Shown in pieces: positions 1 through 10,159 of a stretch of 64,000 nucleotides of DNA. The translations under genes and the position numbers were made by a program. Below the pieces are notes generated by a model. That model was not told the origin of the DNA. It saw only the letters and a program-made list of their open reading frames with translations, and ran no database searches. This DNA comes from Armatimonadota bacterium (lineage in GTDB: Bacteria > Armatimonadota > UBA5829 > DSUL01), in assembly GCA_039811685.1 (NCBI GenBank), contig JBDHZC010000003.1:96001-160000 (forward strand), in the 5' to 3' direction. The number at the start of each line of letters is the position of its first letter. Within the stretch, counting starts at the first letter, position 1.

Positions 1-2900
1 GAGTCCTGATAGACCTGGAAGTTACCGGGCGGGATATCCTTGAGGGTCACACAACCGGATGCGTCCGTGCTTCCCGCGATCGGCCCAACGCATTTGCCGT
101 CGGCGGAGGTTCCACATACAGCCATCGGCCAGTTCGGAAGAAGCTCCTCGGCGGCGTCCCACACGCCGTTTGCGAAGGTGTCCACCCACGGCTCGGCAGG
201 ATCCCACACGCCGTTTCCGTTTTCGTCTCGCAGCGGCTCACCATCATCCCAGCACAAGCTTCCGTTCAGGTCAGTGAACGGCTCGCCGGAGTCGTAGCGT
301 CCGTTGTGGTTGCTGTCCACGTAAGGCTCGGGTGCGTCCCAGATGCCATTGTGGTTGATATCGCCAAACAGCTCCGCCGGGTCCCACTTGCCGTTGCTGT
401 TGGTATCGGTGAAGTTCTCCGCCACAGCCTGGCGCGATCCGCTCATATTCCGGTCGTAATAGGCGCAGGCCGTAATGGTTCCCAGGCAGACGTTCCCAAA
501 CTCACGGACAGCATCATCGCCCTCCGCCAGGGTGTATGCCTGCTCGATTCCCGTCGTCGCCTGCCAGCGCTTACCCTGGAAGGTCACGCGGTTTACCGTA
601 GAGGGATCGGTCGCGCACGGCTGCACGGTCTCCCATGGCAGGTCTTCCTTGATAGTGTAGTTACCCGGAGGCAGGTCCACAAACTTGGCTTCCGTAACAC
701 CGTTCTGCGGCCACGTCGGCGGACACAGGGGCGCAGTCGGCCCGTCCAGGCGGATCGGCCAGCCGCTCAGGTAGCTCTCTGTCACGCCCTTCGCCTTGTT
801 CATGTCAGCGTCGTCGAACTTACGGACCGTAATCGTCCCCAGCTCCACAACGCCAAACTCAACAGTCGTCGTCAAGCCGCACGTTACGTTCAGCGCAACC
901 GTCTTCGCGGTGGTTAGCTGCCAGCGCTTCCCGTTGCCCGTCGGATCGTCAAATTTGCAGTTTGTATCGTTGACGTTCAGCGTTATGTTGTAGGTGCCGG
1001 GAGCCTGCTGTCCAAAAAGGCGGACGCATCGTCCCTGAGTAATGGTCTGGGAGCCGCCACAGCCTCCATCCCACGTAAAGCCCCATCCGATGAAGGAAAC
1101 ATTGGTCTCCCCTGCATCTTTCACGCCGTTGGCGTTGTGATCGTCGAAGATACACGCCGTCACGTCGTTCGCGCAGCCGTTCGGGACGATTTCTACGGCG
1201 CACAGGGCTTCACGCAGGTTGTCCTGCTGCGCCTGACTCCATCCCAGATTGATAGCGGCCTGTGTAAGCTGCGTACCAAGGTCCGCATAGTCCGACGAAG
1301 AGTTCAGCAGATTTGTCTGCGCCTCGTAGAACAGGTCCGCCGTCGTGGAGTTGCCCATTCCGGAGACCGTATGCCCGTTGAAGGTGTCTCCCTCGGCCAA
1401 CAGATACGCCAGCTTGTTGCCGACGCCGCTGTTGGTGTGGACGCCGCCCTGGTCGTTCGAATCGTCCGGTGTCGCAACGTTTGGCCGCAGCAGCGGACTC
1501 CCCATGCGATCAGGGTCGTTATAAAGCGTCGGGTCCTTCATGCTGCGGATCGCTCCGCCCGGCAGGTCCTCTCCCATCAGCCACTTCACGTTCGCCGCGT
1601 CATTTCCGGTCGGCGTCACCTGGTCAATGAACTCACCCCAGATGTCGGAAAAGCTCTCGTTGATGGCCCCGGACTGGTTCTGGTACTTCAGTCCAGACTC
1701 AAACTGCGTCACTCCGTGCGTCAACTCATGACCCGTCACATCGTCCAGCGCATAGCCATCACCAAAGTACATCCGCTTGCCGCTTCCACTCCAGAAAGCG
1801 TTGCGCATCGGGCATGCCGCGGGAGGCTTGGGCGCGGGCGGATCGGCAGGACAATAGCGGGCCGTAGCGCTCATCGTCAGACCGGCGTTGTCAACGCTGT
1901 CCCGCCCGTGCTCATTGGAGTAGAAGTTGTACGTCGCCCCGAAGTTGTCGTAGATGCCGTTAACGTCGGCGATGGATGAAGCCGGGTCGCCTTCATCCCG
2001 CTCCAGTGTGCCTGGATTCGTGCCCTTAACGTTATTCGCGTCATAGACTTCCCGGTCCAGCGCGCCCTCCATCGTGGTGAAGTGGAAAACAACCTCTCCG
2101 CTGACAGCGTCCACAAGAATCTCTTCTTCAAAGAGCGATCCGTCTGTCGCGCGAACGTTCATCTTCCATACCAGACGAACATCGCCCTCAAAGCCCAGCA
2201 CACTCGGAGCGAAAATCATGAGTACCGGCGCGGAAGTGATCTCGTGCTGTGTTCCCTCCTGATGGCTCACCATCCACGCAATAGCTGCCTGCTGAGCCTT
2301 TTCGGAGGTCTTTGCAGGCCGGGTTGGGACTGCGCCGCTGTTCAGGGAGCTCAGGTCGCGCAGCATAACCGCATTCACGCTTTCAATGCCGATCTCGGCG
2401 GTAGCCGCCAGCTTCGGCCCCTGGAACTCAGGGTATCCAACCTGAACAATGACCTCTCCACCATAGACAGGCACACGGTTGTAAAGCTGCTGCAAGCGGA
2501 CGTAGAAGCGATCAGTCCCCTCCCTCTGCCGCAGAACGTCAAATGTAGTGGGGCCGGGAGAGACGAACGCCGTAAGATGCTGGCTCATAAAGAGCTTCGC
2601 CACCGCGCCCGCCTCGCTGTTTGTGATCTCTGGCACGGGGAAGTAGCACGGTGGAGGGGCGCCAATGGAGCGAATGTAGTCGCCGTCCAGCGTCAGGCGA
2701 ATCGGCGGGATGACCGTGGCGCTCGGCCCCGGAGCCGAGCAGCGCAAGCTGTCCTTCAGGGCCTGAATCGCTGCCTGAGGGTCCGGTGACTGACCCCACA
2801 CAACCCCTGACGCTGGCCACAATGCCGCAACGGCAGCGAGGAACACTGCTAAACGCCCCGATAGAGCTTTGGCTGATCTACGATGACTTGCCTGGAGCAT
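1..2900 (-). CDS. Secreted M4 (thermolysin-like) metallopeptidase with C-terminal SdrD-B/Cna-like repeat domains; 3' end runs off the window
   Basis: Absent from the ORF track because it has no stop inside the window. Segments translated by hand from ATG 2900 stay in one frame: signal peptide (LAVFLAAVAALWPASG), FTP-like propeptide (YVRLQQLYNRVPVYGGEVIV), GHELTHGV zinc motif (~1715-1733), SGAINESFSD, GGVHTNSG, then DxNxNG-containing Ig-like domains. Confidence 0.88.
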   Translation of the reverse strand, partial: MLQASHRRSAKALSGRLAVFLAAVAALWPASGVVWGQSPDPQAAIQALKDSLRCSAPGPSATVIPPIRLTLDGDYIRSIGAPPPCYFPVPEITNSEAGAVAKLFMSQHLTAFVSPGPTTFDVLRQREGTDRFYVRLQQLYNRVPVYGGEVIVQVGYPEFQGPKLAATAEIGIESVNAVMLRDLSSLNSGAVPTRPAKTSEKAQQAAIAWMVSHQEGTQHEITSAPVLMIFAPSVLGFEGDVRLVWKMNVRATDGSLFEEEILVDAVSGEVVFHFTTMEGALDREVYDANNVKGTNPGTLERDEGDPASSIADVNGIYDNFGATYNFYSNEHGRDSVDNAGLTMSATARYCPADPPAPKPPAACPMRNAFWSGSGKRMYFGDGYALDDVTGHELTHGVTQFESGLKYQNQSGAINESFSDIWGEFIDQVTPTGNDAANVKWLMGEDLPGGAIRSMKDPTLYNDPDRMGSPLLRPNVATPDDSNDQGGVHTNSGVGNKLAYLLAEGDTFNGHTVSGMGNSTTADLFYEAQTNLLNSSSDYADLGTQLTQAAINLGWSQAQQDNLREALCAVEIVPNGCANDVTACIFDDHNANGVKDAGETNVSFIGWGFTWDGGCGGSQTITQGRCVRLFGQQAPGTYNITLNVNDTNCKFDDPTGNGKRWQLTTAKTVALNVTCGLTTTVEFGVVELGTITVRKFDDADMNKAKGVTESYLSGWPIRLDGPTAPLCPPTWPQNGVTEAKFVDLPPGNYTIKEDLPWETVQPCATDPSTVNRVTFQGKRWQATTGIEQAYTLAEGDDAVREFGNVCLGTITACAYYDRNMSGSRQAVAENFTDTNSNGKWDPAELFGDINHNGIWDAPEPYVDSNHNGRYDSGEPFTDLNGSLCWDDGEPLRDENGNGVWDPAEPWVDTFANGVWDAAEELLPNWPMAVCGTSADGKCVGPIAGSTDASGCVTLKDIPPGNFQVYQD
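150..419 (-). repeat. Six tandem 15-aa (45-nt) coding repeats, consensus E-P-F-x-D-x-N-x-N-G-x-W-D-x-x
   Basis: Translation: ENFTDTNSNGKWDPA / ELFGDINHNGIWDAP / EPYVDSNHNGRYDSG / EPFTDLNGSLCWDDG / EPLRDENGNGVWDPA / EPWVDTFANGVWDAA. Confidence 0.85.
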
Positions 2901-3162
2901 GGTCCCACCCATCTTTCTTACAGACCAAGGAGACAGTGAAGAGAAAATCTCAATCGTCGCAAAGCGACATTTCACCGCCTTCCATCATAAAACCTTCACG
3001 CCCTGACAGTCACTAGCAAAAATACTTGTTTTCAATAGCAACAAGGGCGCCTCGATGCACTTGGTTTCGCGCTGTGAACGCCCCGGAATTGCCGTGTCTC
3101 CATTTGTCACACTTCAGGGAGCTTACAGGGGCAGTGTTTGCGTAGAGAGCTGTAGAACAGAT

Positions 3163-4608
3163 ATGCTCAATTCAAGTGGGAGAGTGCGTGAAATTTTGAC
3201 AGATACAAAAGACATTCTTCAGAAAATTCGCGACGAAGGGATAAATCGCGGGGCAAGCTTCGTGGAAGTGCGGCTCAACGAGCGCGAATCCACCAGCATC
3301 GCGCTGCAGGACGGGCAGGCTGACAAGCTGTTTCAGTCGTCCTCCACGGGTTTGGGCGTGCGTGTGCTGGTGGAGGGCTCGTGGGGTTTTGCGAGCGCCA
3401 ATGGTCTCGATCTGACGCAGGGACTCAGTGTGTTGGACGAGGCCGTGGCCGGAGCCCGCGCCACCCGCGCAGGACGAGCACACGAAGCCTGCGTGGCTGA
3501 AGTGGCAGCGGTGCAGGACAGCAGGCGGACGCCATTTGAGATTGATCCGCGCTCAGTGCCTTTGTCCCGCAAAATGGACAAGCTGCAGGCGCTGGACAGT
3601 GCGGGCCTTGCGAAAGGGCAGGGCAAGCTGGTCAACCGGGTTGTCTCTTACGGAGATGGATATCAGCGCGAGACTGTCTGCAACAGCTTTGGCTCTTTTA
3701 TCGAATCCGAATATGTCCGCACAAGCGCTACTGCAACCCTGTTCGCTCAGGACGGCGATGTCCGCCAGCGGGGGTACACGCGCAAGGCCGCTCTGGCCGG
3801 CTATGAGCTTCTGGACACTCTGGAACCAGCGGATTTCTCTGAAGAAGCAGCCGAAAAGGCAGTGGATTTGCTCTCAGCGCGCAAAGCTCCCTCCGGCAAG
3901 TTCCCGGTCATTTTCCATCCCTCTATCACCGGATTGCTCACCCACGAAGCGCTTGGTCACAACGCTGAGGCCGACCACATCGTCACCGGAACGTCCATTC
4001 TGGAAGGCCGCCAGGGAGACCAGGTCGCCAGCCCGCTGATTACGATTGTGGACGACGCCACTTTGCCTGGATTGTGGGGTTCGTACTTTTATGACTCAGA
4101 GGGCACGCAGGCCCAGCGCAGAGTACTGATTGAAGACGGAAGACTTGTCGGATTTATGCACAATCTGGAAACCGCCGCGAAAATGGGAGTTGCGCCCAAT
4201 GGCAGCGGACGCGCCCAGGACTACCACTATCGCCCACTTGTGCGAATGAGCAATACCTTCATACTGCCCGGAGAGACAAAGCTGGCGGACATGCTGAAAG
4301 ACATTGATCTTGGCGTCTACCTCACTGGCGGGCACTGGGGATATGTTTTCTGTGAACGTGGACAGTTCACGTGTCACGCTGGCGGCGGGTGGATCATCCG
4401 CAATGGGGAGCTTGCCGAGCCGATTCGCGATGTTTCCGTTGCCGGGCTGACGCTTGAAACGCTGGCCAACGTGGACGCGATAAGCGATGAGTTTGAGATG
4501 ACCATGCCCGGAATGTGCGGCAAATGCGGTCAGGGGATGCCGGTCAACGCAGGTGGCCCTCACGTGCGTGTGAAAGAGCTGGTAGTCGGAGGGCAGCAGA
4601 GCGTATGA
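3163..4608 (+). CDS. tldD: TldD/PmbA family metalloprotease, TldD subunit (start uncertain, 3163-3196)
   Basis: GLGVRVLVEGSWGFAS, HEALGH metal motif, RMSNT, C-terminal GMCGKCGQ..GGPH. Confidence 0.9.
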   Translation: MLNSSGRVREILTDTKDILQKIRDEGINRGASFVEVRLNERESTSIALQDGQADKLFQSSSTGLGVRVLVEGSWGFASANGLDLTQGLSVLDEAVAGARATRAGRAHEACVAEVAAVQDSRRTPFEIDPRSVPLSRKMDKLQALDSAGLAKGQGKLVNRVVSYGDGYQRETVCNSFGSFIESEYVRTSATATLFAQDGDVRQRGYTRKAALAGYELLDTLEPADFSEEAAEKAVDLLSARKAPSGKFPVIFHPSITGLLTHEALGHNAEADHIVTGTSILEGRQGDQVASPLITIVDDATLPGLWGSYFYDSEGTQAQRRVLIEDGRLVGFMHNLETAAKMGVAPNGSGRAQDYHYRPLVRMSNTFILPGETKLADMLKDIDLGVYLTGGHWGYVFCERGQFTCHAGGGWIIRNGELAEPIRDVSVAGLTLETLANVDAISDEFEMTMPGMCGKCGQGMPVNAGGPHVRVKELVVGGQQSV

Positions 4609-5930
4609 CACAGCAGGAGTTGCTCAGCATAGCCGAAGAAGCTTGCAGCGTCGCATCAAATGCCGGGGCCGATTTCGCGGAAGTCCGCGTCAGTGAAGGC
4701 CGCTCAACCAGTGTCCGTCTGGAGCGCTCCGCTATTGACACCACCCAGATATCCTTCTCCTCTGGCGCTGGCATCAGGGTGTACATCAACGGCGGACTTG
4801 GATCTGTCTCGCTTGATGGCCTCGACCTCGATCGTTTGAAACTCGCGGCGCAGCAGGCTGTTGATCTCGCGCGCCTGGCTACGCCGGACAAAGACTTTGT
4901 CTCTCTGCCAGAGCCTCAGGATGGCTCAAGCGTGCCGGGGCTTTACGACCCGGGAATCGAGAATCTCGGCGTGTCGGACATGGCGCGTATCGCGCTGGAG
5001 TGTGTGGACGCTGCGCGATCCGTTGCGCCGGAGGCCATCTGCACAGGTTCCGCTGGCTGCGGCAGTGGGCGCTCCGCGATAGCCAACAGCCTCGGTGTCG
5101 CGCGCTCTTCCGAAAGCTCCAGCATCTCTGCCTGGATTGAGCCGATTGTCAAGCGCAATGGCGATGTGGGGGCATTCTACGACTTTGACTCCGCGCGCCT
5201 TCTGGCCGATTTTGACCACACAGGCATCGGAATGAGCGCCGCCCAGACAGCTGTCCAGTTCCTTGGGGCGCGTAAAATAGAAAGCGGTGTCATGCCTGTG
5301 ATTCTGGGCCCGCTGTCGTCGGGATCGGTTTTTGGGGCGCTGGCTGCAGGAGCCGAAGCGGAGAGCCATCAGCGAGGGCGGTCCTGGTTGCTCGGCAAAC
5401 TGGGGCGGAAGGTCGCCGCGGATATTCTGACCGTCCGGGATGACGCCACAATTCCCGCGGGACTCAGTTCACGCTCACACGACTCAGAAGGTGTGCCTAC
5501 CCGGCCGATCACAATAGTCGAGAACGGCGTTCTGATTAATTTTCTGCACAATTCTTATACTGCGCACAAAGCAAAGGCAAACCTCACCGGCCATGCGCGG
5601 GGCGGTGGCATTGGGCCGACGAATGTCAATGTCGAGTTGGGGGAGGCAAGCGCGGCACAGATTATTCGCGATACAAAGCGAGGGCTCTACATAAATATGG
5701 GTCGTCTGTCGCCAGATTCGACAACCGGGGAAGTCTCCGCGATGGTAGATTTCGGCTTCATGATTGAAAACGGTGAGATTGCCTATCCGGTCGCGGGTGT
5801 TATGGCCGGCATTAACGGGCTTGAGATGATGGCCAACATAGATGCTATCAGCTCTGATGGGCGCGTGGAGCCGGGCTCGGTCTCTCCAACAATCCGTATT
5901 CAGAACATCCGCATTGCGGGAGGTAAGTAA
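4605..5930 (+). CDS. tldE: TldD/PmbA family protein, TldE/PmbA subunit
   Basis: ATGA overlap with the tldD stop; DSEGVPT..IVENGVL..FLH motif; lacks HExxxH. Confidence 0.85.
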   Translation: MTQQELLSIAEEACSVASNAGADFAEVRVSEGRSTSVRLERSAIDTTQISFSSGAGIRVYINGGLGSVSLDGLDLDRLKLAAQQAVDLARLATPDKDFVSLPEPQDGSSVPGLYDPGIENLGVSDMARIALECVDAARSVAPEAICTGSAGCGSGRSAIANSLGVARSSESSSISAWIEPIVKRNGDVGAFYDFDSARLLADFDHTGIGMSAAQTAVQFLGARKIESGVMPVILGPLSSGSVFGALAAGAEAESHQRGRSWLLGKLGRKVAADILTVRDDATIPAGLSSRSHDSEGVPTRPITIVENGVLINFLHNSYTAHKAKANLTGHARGGGIGPTNVNVELGEASAAQIIRDTKRGLYINMGRLSPDSTTGEVSAMVDFGFMIENGEIAYPVAGVMAGINGLEMMANIDAISSDGRVEPGSVSPTIRIQNIRIAGGK

Positions 5931-5978
5931 GGCTTTGGTGTCCGGAAGAAGTCGACTGCGGATAGAGTTCTGCGCCCT

Positions 5979-6464
5979 ATGAAGTGTGCCCGCCACCCCA
6001 AAGTGGACACAGAGCTCACGTGCACAGTCTGCGGCACTCCGATATGTCCAGACTGCGCTGTTCCGGCTGCGGTTGGTTTCAAGTGCCCGCGATGCGCGCG
6101 CCCGGACCGCACCGTTTACGACATTCCACCTCCGCTCTTGATCCGGTGCATCGCCGCTACGCTGGCAACCTCTGTTGCCGCCTGGATGTTTGCTCCGATG
6201 ATTCCCTTTTTCGGAGCGATTATCGTTGGGTACGCGGTCGGGCATGTCGCGCTGGTCTCCTCAGGTCGGCGCGCCGGGTCCACAGTTGAAGCTGTCGCTG
6301 TAGTGAGCATCCTGATCGGCCTGTTCGGTCCAGCTATCATGAGCGCTATCGCAGCGGGCGGCAGTGCGAATTTCTTAGCTGTCTTCGGTCCCGGCAACAT
6401 CTGGTCGTACATAGGCGCTGCAATCGCGATTTTTGTCGCTCTCGGACGGCTGCGCTACCCCTGA
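5979..6464 (+). CDS. B-box-like zinc-finger membrane protein
   Basis: CxxH-x7-CxxCxxPICxxC-x8-CxxC N-terminus followed by about four hydrophobic helices. Confidence 0.75.
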   Translation: MKCARHPKVDTELTCTVCGTPICPDCAVPAAVGFKCPRCARPDRTVYDIPPPLLIRCIAATLATSVAAWMFAPMIPFFGAIIVGYAVGHVALVSSGRRAGSTVEAVAVVSILIGLFGPAIMSAIAAGGSANFLAVFGPGNIWSYIGAAIAIFVALGRLRYP

Positions 6465-6874
6465 CCGTGTTGCAGCATTGCCAACGTCCGGCGCAGCTCC
6501 GGCGCCAGTTGGGCCAGCTCTGTCTTGTGTGCCTCTGAGAGACTTTCCAGCAGCTTTTCCCCTTCGTTCGTGACAACGATTTGAACGCGTCGCTTGTCTT
6601 CAGTAGAGGTCTGACGTCGAACGAAACCCTGCTTCTCCATCCGATCAACCAGCTCCACAGCGCTGTTTGGTTTGATCTGCAGACGCTCTGCCAACTCTCC
6701 CACGGTGATACATTTATGGCCCGCAAAGCCGCGAGCAGCCAGAAGCGCCTGGTGTTGAGTTGGCGCCAGTCCCGCCCGGCGTGCCGCCTGCTCGCTGAAT
6801 CTCAAAAACCGTCGCAAAGCGTAGCGAAAATCAGCCAGCGCCTCATAATCGCCGTCACTAATCCCTTGCTGCAT
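6455..6874 (-). CDS. MarR family transcriptional regulator
   Basis: Winged-HTH: TVGELAERLQIKPNSAVELVDRMEKQGFVRR..EDKRRV; GAGGAG RBS upstream. Confidence 0.9.
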   Translation of the reverse strand: MQQGISDGDYEALADFRYALRRFLRFSEQAARRAGLAPTQHQALLAARGFAGHKCITVGELAERLQIKPNSAVELVDRMEKQGFVRRQTSTEDKRRVQIVVTNEGEKLLESLSEAHKTELAQLAPELRRTLAMLQHGQG

Positions 6875-6918
6875 TGACACTCCTCCTCAGCTATTATGCG
6901 CGCTTCCGCCGGAAAGGT

Positions 6919-6948
6919 TTGGAAATGTATATCGTATTCCGATATAAT
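6919..6948 (+). promoter_or_regulatory. Promoter (TTGGAA-18-TATAAT) overlapped by the palindrome TATATCG-N5-CGATATA, a probable MarR operator
   Basis: Perfect 7-bp inverted repeat at 6928-6946 overlapping TATAAT (6943-6948), between divergent marR and ClC genes. Confidence 0.6.
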
Positions 6949-7028
6949 ATATGTGATACAGGCAGCTTGCCTGACGCGTGTGCGGATGCGTCAGTGAATA
7001 CGTCAAAGGAAAGAGAGAGTCCTGAGCT

Positions 7029-8855
7029 TTGCGTGAAATCGGTTCTTCGGTAGCCCGTCAGACTGGGCGTGAGTTTGAGACCACAGAGTTCAGGCTCCTG
7101 TTGATGTCGGTGCTGGCTGGCGCGATAGGGCTGGTGGCCGGATTCATCGCCTTTGGTCTCTACAAGCTGATCGGATTCTTTACCAATCTATTCTTCTACG
7201 GCAGGCTCTCCACTGCTCTGGTCAGCCCGGCGCACACGCATCTGGGCTTCTGGATTGTTGGGATCACAACGCTCGGTGGATTGGTCATCGGCATAATGGC
7301 GCGCTACGGATCGTCGGCGATTCGCGGGCACGGAATTCCAGAGGCGATGGAAGCGATCCTGATAAACAACAGCCGGATTTCTCCGAGAGTTGGCGTACTC
7401 AAACCGATCTCCGCAGCCTTGGCTATTGGAACCGGCGGCCCTTTCGGAGCTGAAGGCCCGATCATACAGACGGGCGGCGCTTTTGGCTCCTTCATTGGCC
7501 AGTTACTTCACACAACTGCGGCGGAGCGCAAGGTCTTGCTGGCGTGCGGCGCGGCGGCAGGCATGGCGGCCACGTTCAGCGCTCCCATAGCAAGCGTGAT
7601 TCTTGCCATTCAGCTCCTGCTGTTTGAGTTTCGTTCGCGCTCGTTCATCCCGCTGGTTATCGCGAGCGCTCTCGCGGCTGGAGTGCACCTGCAGCTTCTC
7701 GGCCGCGGAGCCATGTTCAGTGTTGGAAACGTGAACTTTGGAATGCCGTATCAGTTGCCGGTCTTTGCCGTGCTGGGGCTGATTTGCGGCGTCGCGGCGT
7801 CCTTGTTTACGAGAGTGTTGTACTGGATGGAAGACACTTTCGAGCGCCTGCCGCTCGATCCACTCTGGTGGCCGGCTATTGCTGGCATCGGGCTGGGTGT
7901 CTTGGGTGTGATTGAACCGCGAGTGCTCGGTGTGGGCTACGATACCATTTCCGATATCCTCCACAACAATCTGGCGTTTCAGACGTTGCTCGCGGTGATG
8001 GCGCTCAAACTTGCGGCTCTCGTCCTGACTATTGGGTCCGGTACTTCTGGAGGTCTGCTCGCTCCGATGTTTATGGCGGGTGCGGCTCTTGGCGGCGTTT
8101 TCGCTATGGCCGCGAACGCTGTATTTCCCTGGCTCGGACTTGCGCCGTCCGCTTATGCTGTGGCGGGAATGGCGGCGCTGTTTGGGTCGGCGTCCCGCGC
8201 GGGTTTTGCTCTGATCGTCTTTGCTTTCGAGATCACGCGAGACTACGATTCTATATTGCCGCTTATGGTTACCGTGGTGATTGCCGAAGGTATCGCGATA
8301 GCGACCAGCCGCAATTCAGTGATGACCGAAAAGCTGGCCAGGCGAGGTATTCGGGTGCCGCAGGATTTTGAATCTGACGTGTTCGCACAGGTTTCAGTTC
8401 AGCAAGTTATGGAAAGCGAAGTGCAGACTGTCCCGGCGACTATGACAGCGGGTGATCTGGCTGAACGGGTGACGCGCCGCGATCCCTCTCTCGCTCATTA
8501 TCACGCTTTTCCCGTTGTCTCTGAATCCGGGGCTCTTGTGGGAATGGTGACGCGTTCCGATATCATGCGCGCGCTCGAACGGGGGCAGGAAGAGTTGACT
8601 GTCGAGCAAGCCGGGACAACGGACGTGATCGTAGCGTACCCCGACGAGCCACTTCACGACGCCGTCGCCCGGATGCTGTGGGCGGATGTCGGCCGCCTCC
8701 CGGTTGTCAAGCGCGAGAGGCCGGATCAGCTCGTCGGATATCTCGACAGAGCCTGCGCCCTGGGCGCCCGCCTGGAACGGTTGCGGCGGGAACACGTTCG
8801 CGAGACGGGATGGTTGCGTGCGCTCAAAGGAGCGGCGGGCAGGCGTACTCTCTAG
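7029..8855 (+). CDS. ClC chloride channel/antiporter with C-terminal CBS pair
   Basis: GHGIPEAME, GAEGP, GTSGGLLAP signature motifs; CBS domains. Confidence 0.92.
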   Translation: MREIGSSVARQTGREFETTEFRLLLMSVLAGAIGLVAGFIAFGLYKLIGFFTNLFFYGRLSTALVSPAHTHLGFWIVGITTLGGLVIGIMARYGSSAIRGHGIPEAMEAILINNSRISPRVGVLKPISAALAIGTGGPFGAEGPIIQTGGAFGSFIGQLLHTTAAERKVLLACGAAAGMAATFSAPIASVILAIQLLLFEFRSRSFIPLVIASALAAGVHLQLLGRGAMFSVGNVNFGMPYQLPVFAVLGLICGVAASLFTRVLYWMEDTFERLPLDPLWWPAIAGIGLGVLGVIEPRVLGVGYDTISDILHNNLAFQTLLAVMALKLAALVLTIGSGTSGGLLAPMFMAGAALGGVFAMAANAVFPWLGLAPSAYAVAGMAALFGSASRAGFALIVFAFEITRDYDSILPLMVTVVIAEGIAIATSRNSVMTEKLARRGIRVPQDFESDVFAQVSVQQVMESEVQTVPATMTAGDLAERVTRRDPSLAHYHAFPVVSESGALVGMVTRSDIMRALERGQEELTVEQAGTTDVIVAYPDEPLHDAVARMLWADVGRLPVVKRERPDQLVGYLDRACALGARLERLRREHVRETGWLRALKGAAGRRTL

Positions 8856-8963
8856 GATCAATCTGCCGGCGCCAGACTCTGGCAGGAAAGCTTGCGGGGC
8901 ACGGAGAAACTGGCAATGCGCTGGTTCTCGCGCGTTTTGTACACTGACGCTTGAGGAGATTAG

Positions 8964-9422
8964 ATGGAATCCGGATTGCCCGCACAGTCATCCCACACTG
9001 CCCGCGACGTGGGATACCTTATTATTCGGCTTGTCCTGGGGATTGTATTTTTTGCCCACGGCTCGCAGAAGCTGCTCGGCCTGTTCGGTGGCGAAGGGCC
9101 GGCTGCGTTTGTACAACAGGCCGGTGTCCCGGCAGTGCTTGCGTGGGTGGCAATGTTTGCTGAGTTCTTCGGCAGCTTTGGCCTCATCTCCGGTGTCCTT
9201 CCAAGACTTTCCGCTCTGGGCATCCTGGTTGTGATGGTCGTTGCAGTCCTCCGCGTCCACCTTCGCAACGGGTTTTTCATGAACTGGGGTGGCAAGGCTC
9301 CCGGAGAGGGATTTGAGTATCACATTCTCGTCATGGCGATGTGTCTGTTGATCGTGCTCTCTGGGCCAGGCCGGTTTGCGCTGATGCCCAACTGGGAAGG
9401 GCGTCTTGTCACTGGCCGCTAG
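8964..9422 (+). CDS. DoxX family membrane protein
   Basis: RLVLGIVFFAHGSQKL..GFEY..GPGRFAL. Confidence 0.9.
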   Translation: MESGLPAQSSHTARDVGYLIIRLVLGIVFFAHGSQKLLGLFGGEGPAAFVQQAGVPAVLAWVAMFAEFFGSFGLISGVLPRLSALGILVVMVVAVLRVHLRNGFFMNWGGKAPGEGFEYHILVMAMCLLIVLSGPGRFALMPNWEGRLVTGR

Positions 9423-9585
9423 AGCGCGCCGGTTTATTGCCAGTTGAGCTCCCGCAGCGCACCGCTGGCAAGATTGCAATGCGTCTGTGTTAGCGCAATC
9501 ACAAGCTCGACTGCTATACTGTGGGCACTCCTACCCATACTTCGAAGTGAGAGTAACAAGAGCAATTTGAAAGGAGCGTCTGAAC

Positions 9586-10017
9586 GTGCCTTATACCGGA
9601 GATCCTGACCTGCCTGTCCGCCGGACGGAAGAGTGGTTTCTGGCCATCGTAACGGGCTGTATGATAGTGGTCATTCTGGTTGGAATAGTCGGGTTTATGA
9701 GAGCGCACGACACCGCCGGGATGGCCGGCCCCACAATGGCGCCTCAGTTGGGAATTGGTGTTGACGTAAGCCGCGGGACGGCTGCTGTAGGGTCGTCTCG
9801 GTCCGGGAGCAGCCCATTCTCTGAGCGCGGAGCGGTGAGTTATGGGAGCTGGCAGGAGCCGCGTCACGTTCCGGAAGGCGGTATTGATCTCAGCAACGCC
9901 AGGCGCGGAACTGGCGCAGGACCGTCCGGTTGCTACGCAAACCCAAAACTCGACAAAGGAGCTGTTGACATCGGTCCTTCTCAGATTGAACAGACCATCA
10001 AGCAGCTCAGCATCTGA
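9586..10017 (+). CDS. Hypothetical single-pass membrane protein
   Basis: AAGGAG RBS before GTG; one hydrophobic helix; fills the gap between genes; no family recognised. Confidence 0.4.
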   Translation: MPYTGDPDLPVRRTEEWFLAIVTGCMIVVILVGIVGFMRAHDTAGMAGPTMAPQLGIGVDVSRGTAAVGSSRSGSSPFSERGAVSYGSWQEPRHVPEGGIDLSNARRGTGAGPSGCYANPKLDKGAVDIGPSQIEQTIKQLSI

Positions 10018-10047
10018 ACTGCTCTGCCGTCTGCCTCGTGTGTTGTC

Positions 10048-10077
10048 TTGACAGGGGAACACGGACAGCAGTACTAT
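10048..10077 (+). promoter_or_regulatory. Sigma70-like promoter of lemA
   Basis: TTGACA-18-TACTAT. Confidence 0.55.
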
Positions 10078-10159
10078 ACTTGCGCGGCTGAGATCTCTCT
10101 TGATCTAGTAGCTATCTGAGGGTTTTCGCTTTGTGTATCAGCGCTAACGGAGGCGCAAA

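Noticed and set aside
306..2789. Plus-strand ORFs of 203, 280 and 235 aa
   Set aside because: Antisense shadows of the minus-strand M4 peptidase gene.
6950..7028. Fluoride riboswitch or fluoride-specific ClC
   Set aside because: No GAUGG..CUGAUGA-type fluoride aptamer is present, and the protein has GHGIP/GAEGP rather than CLC-F signatures.
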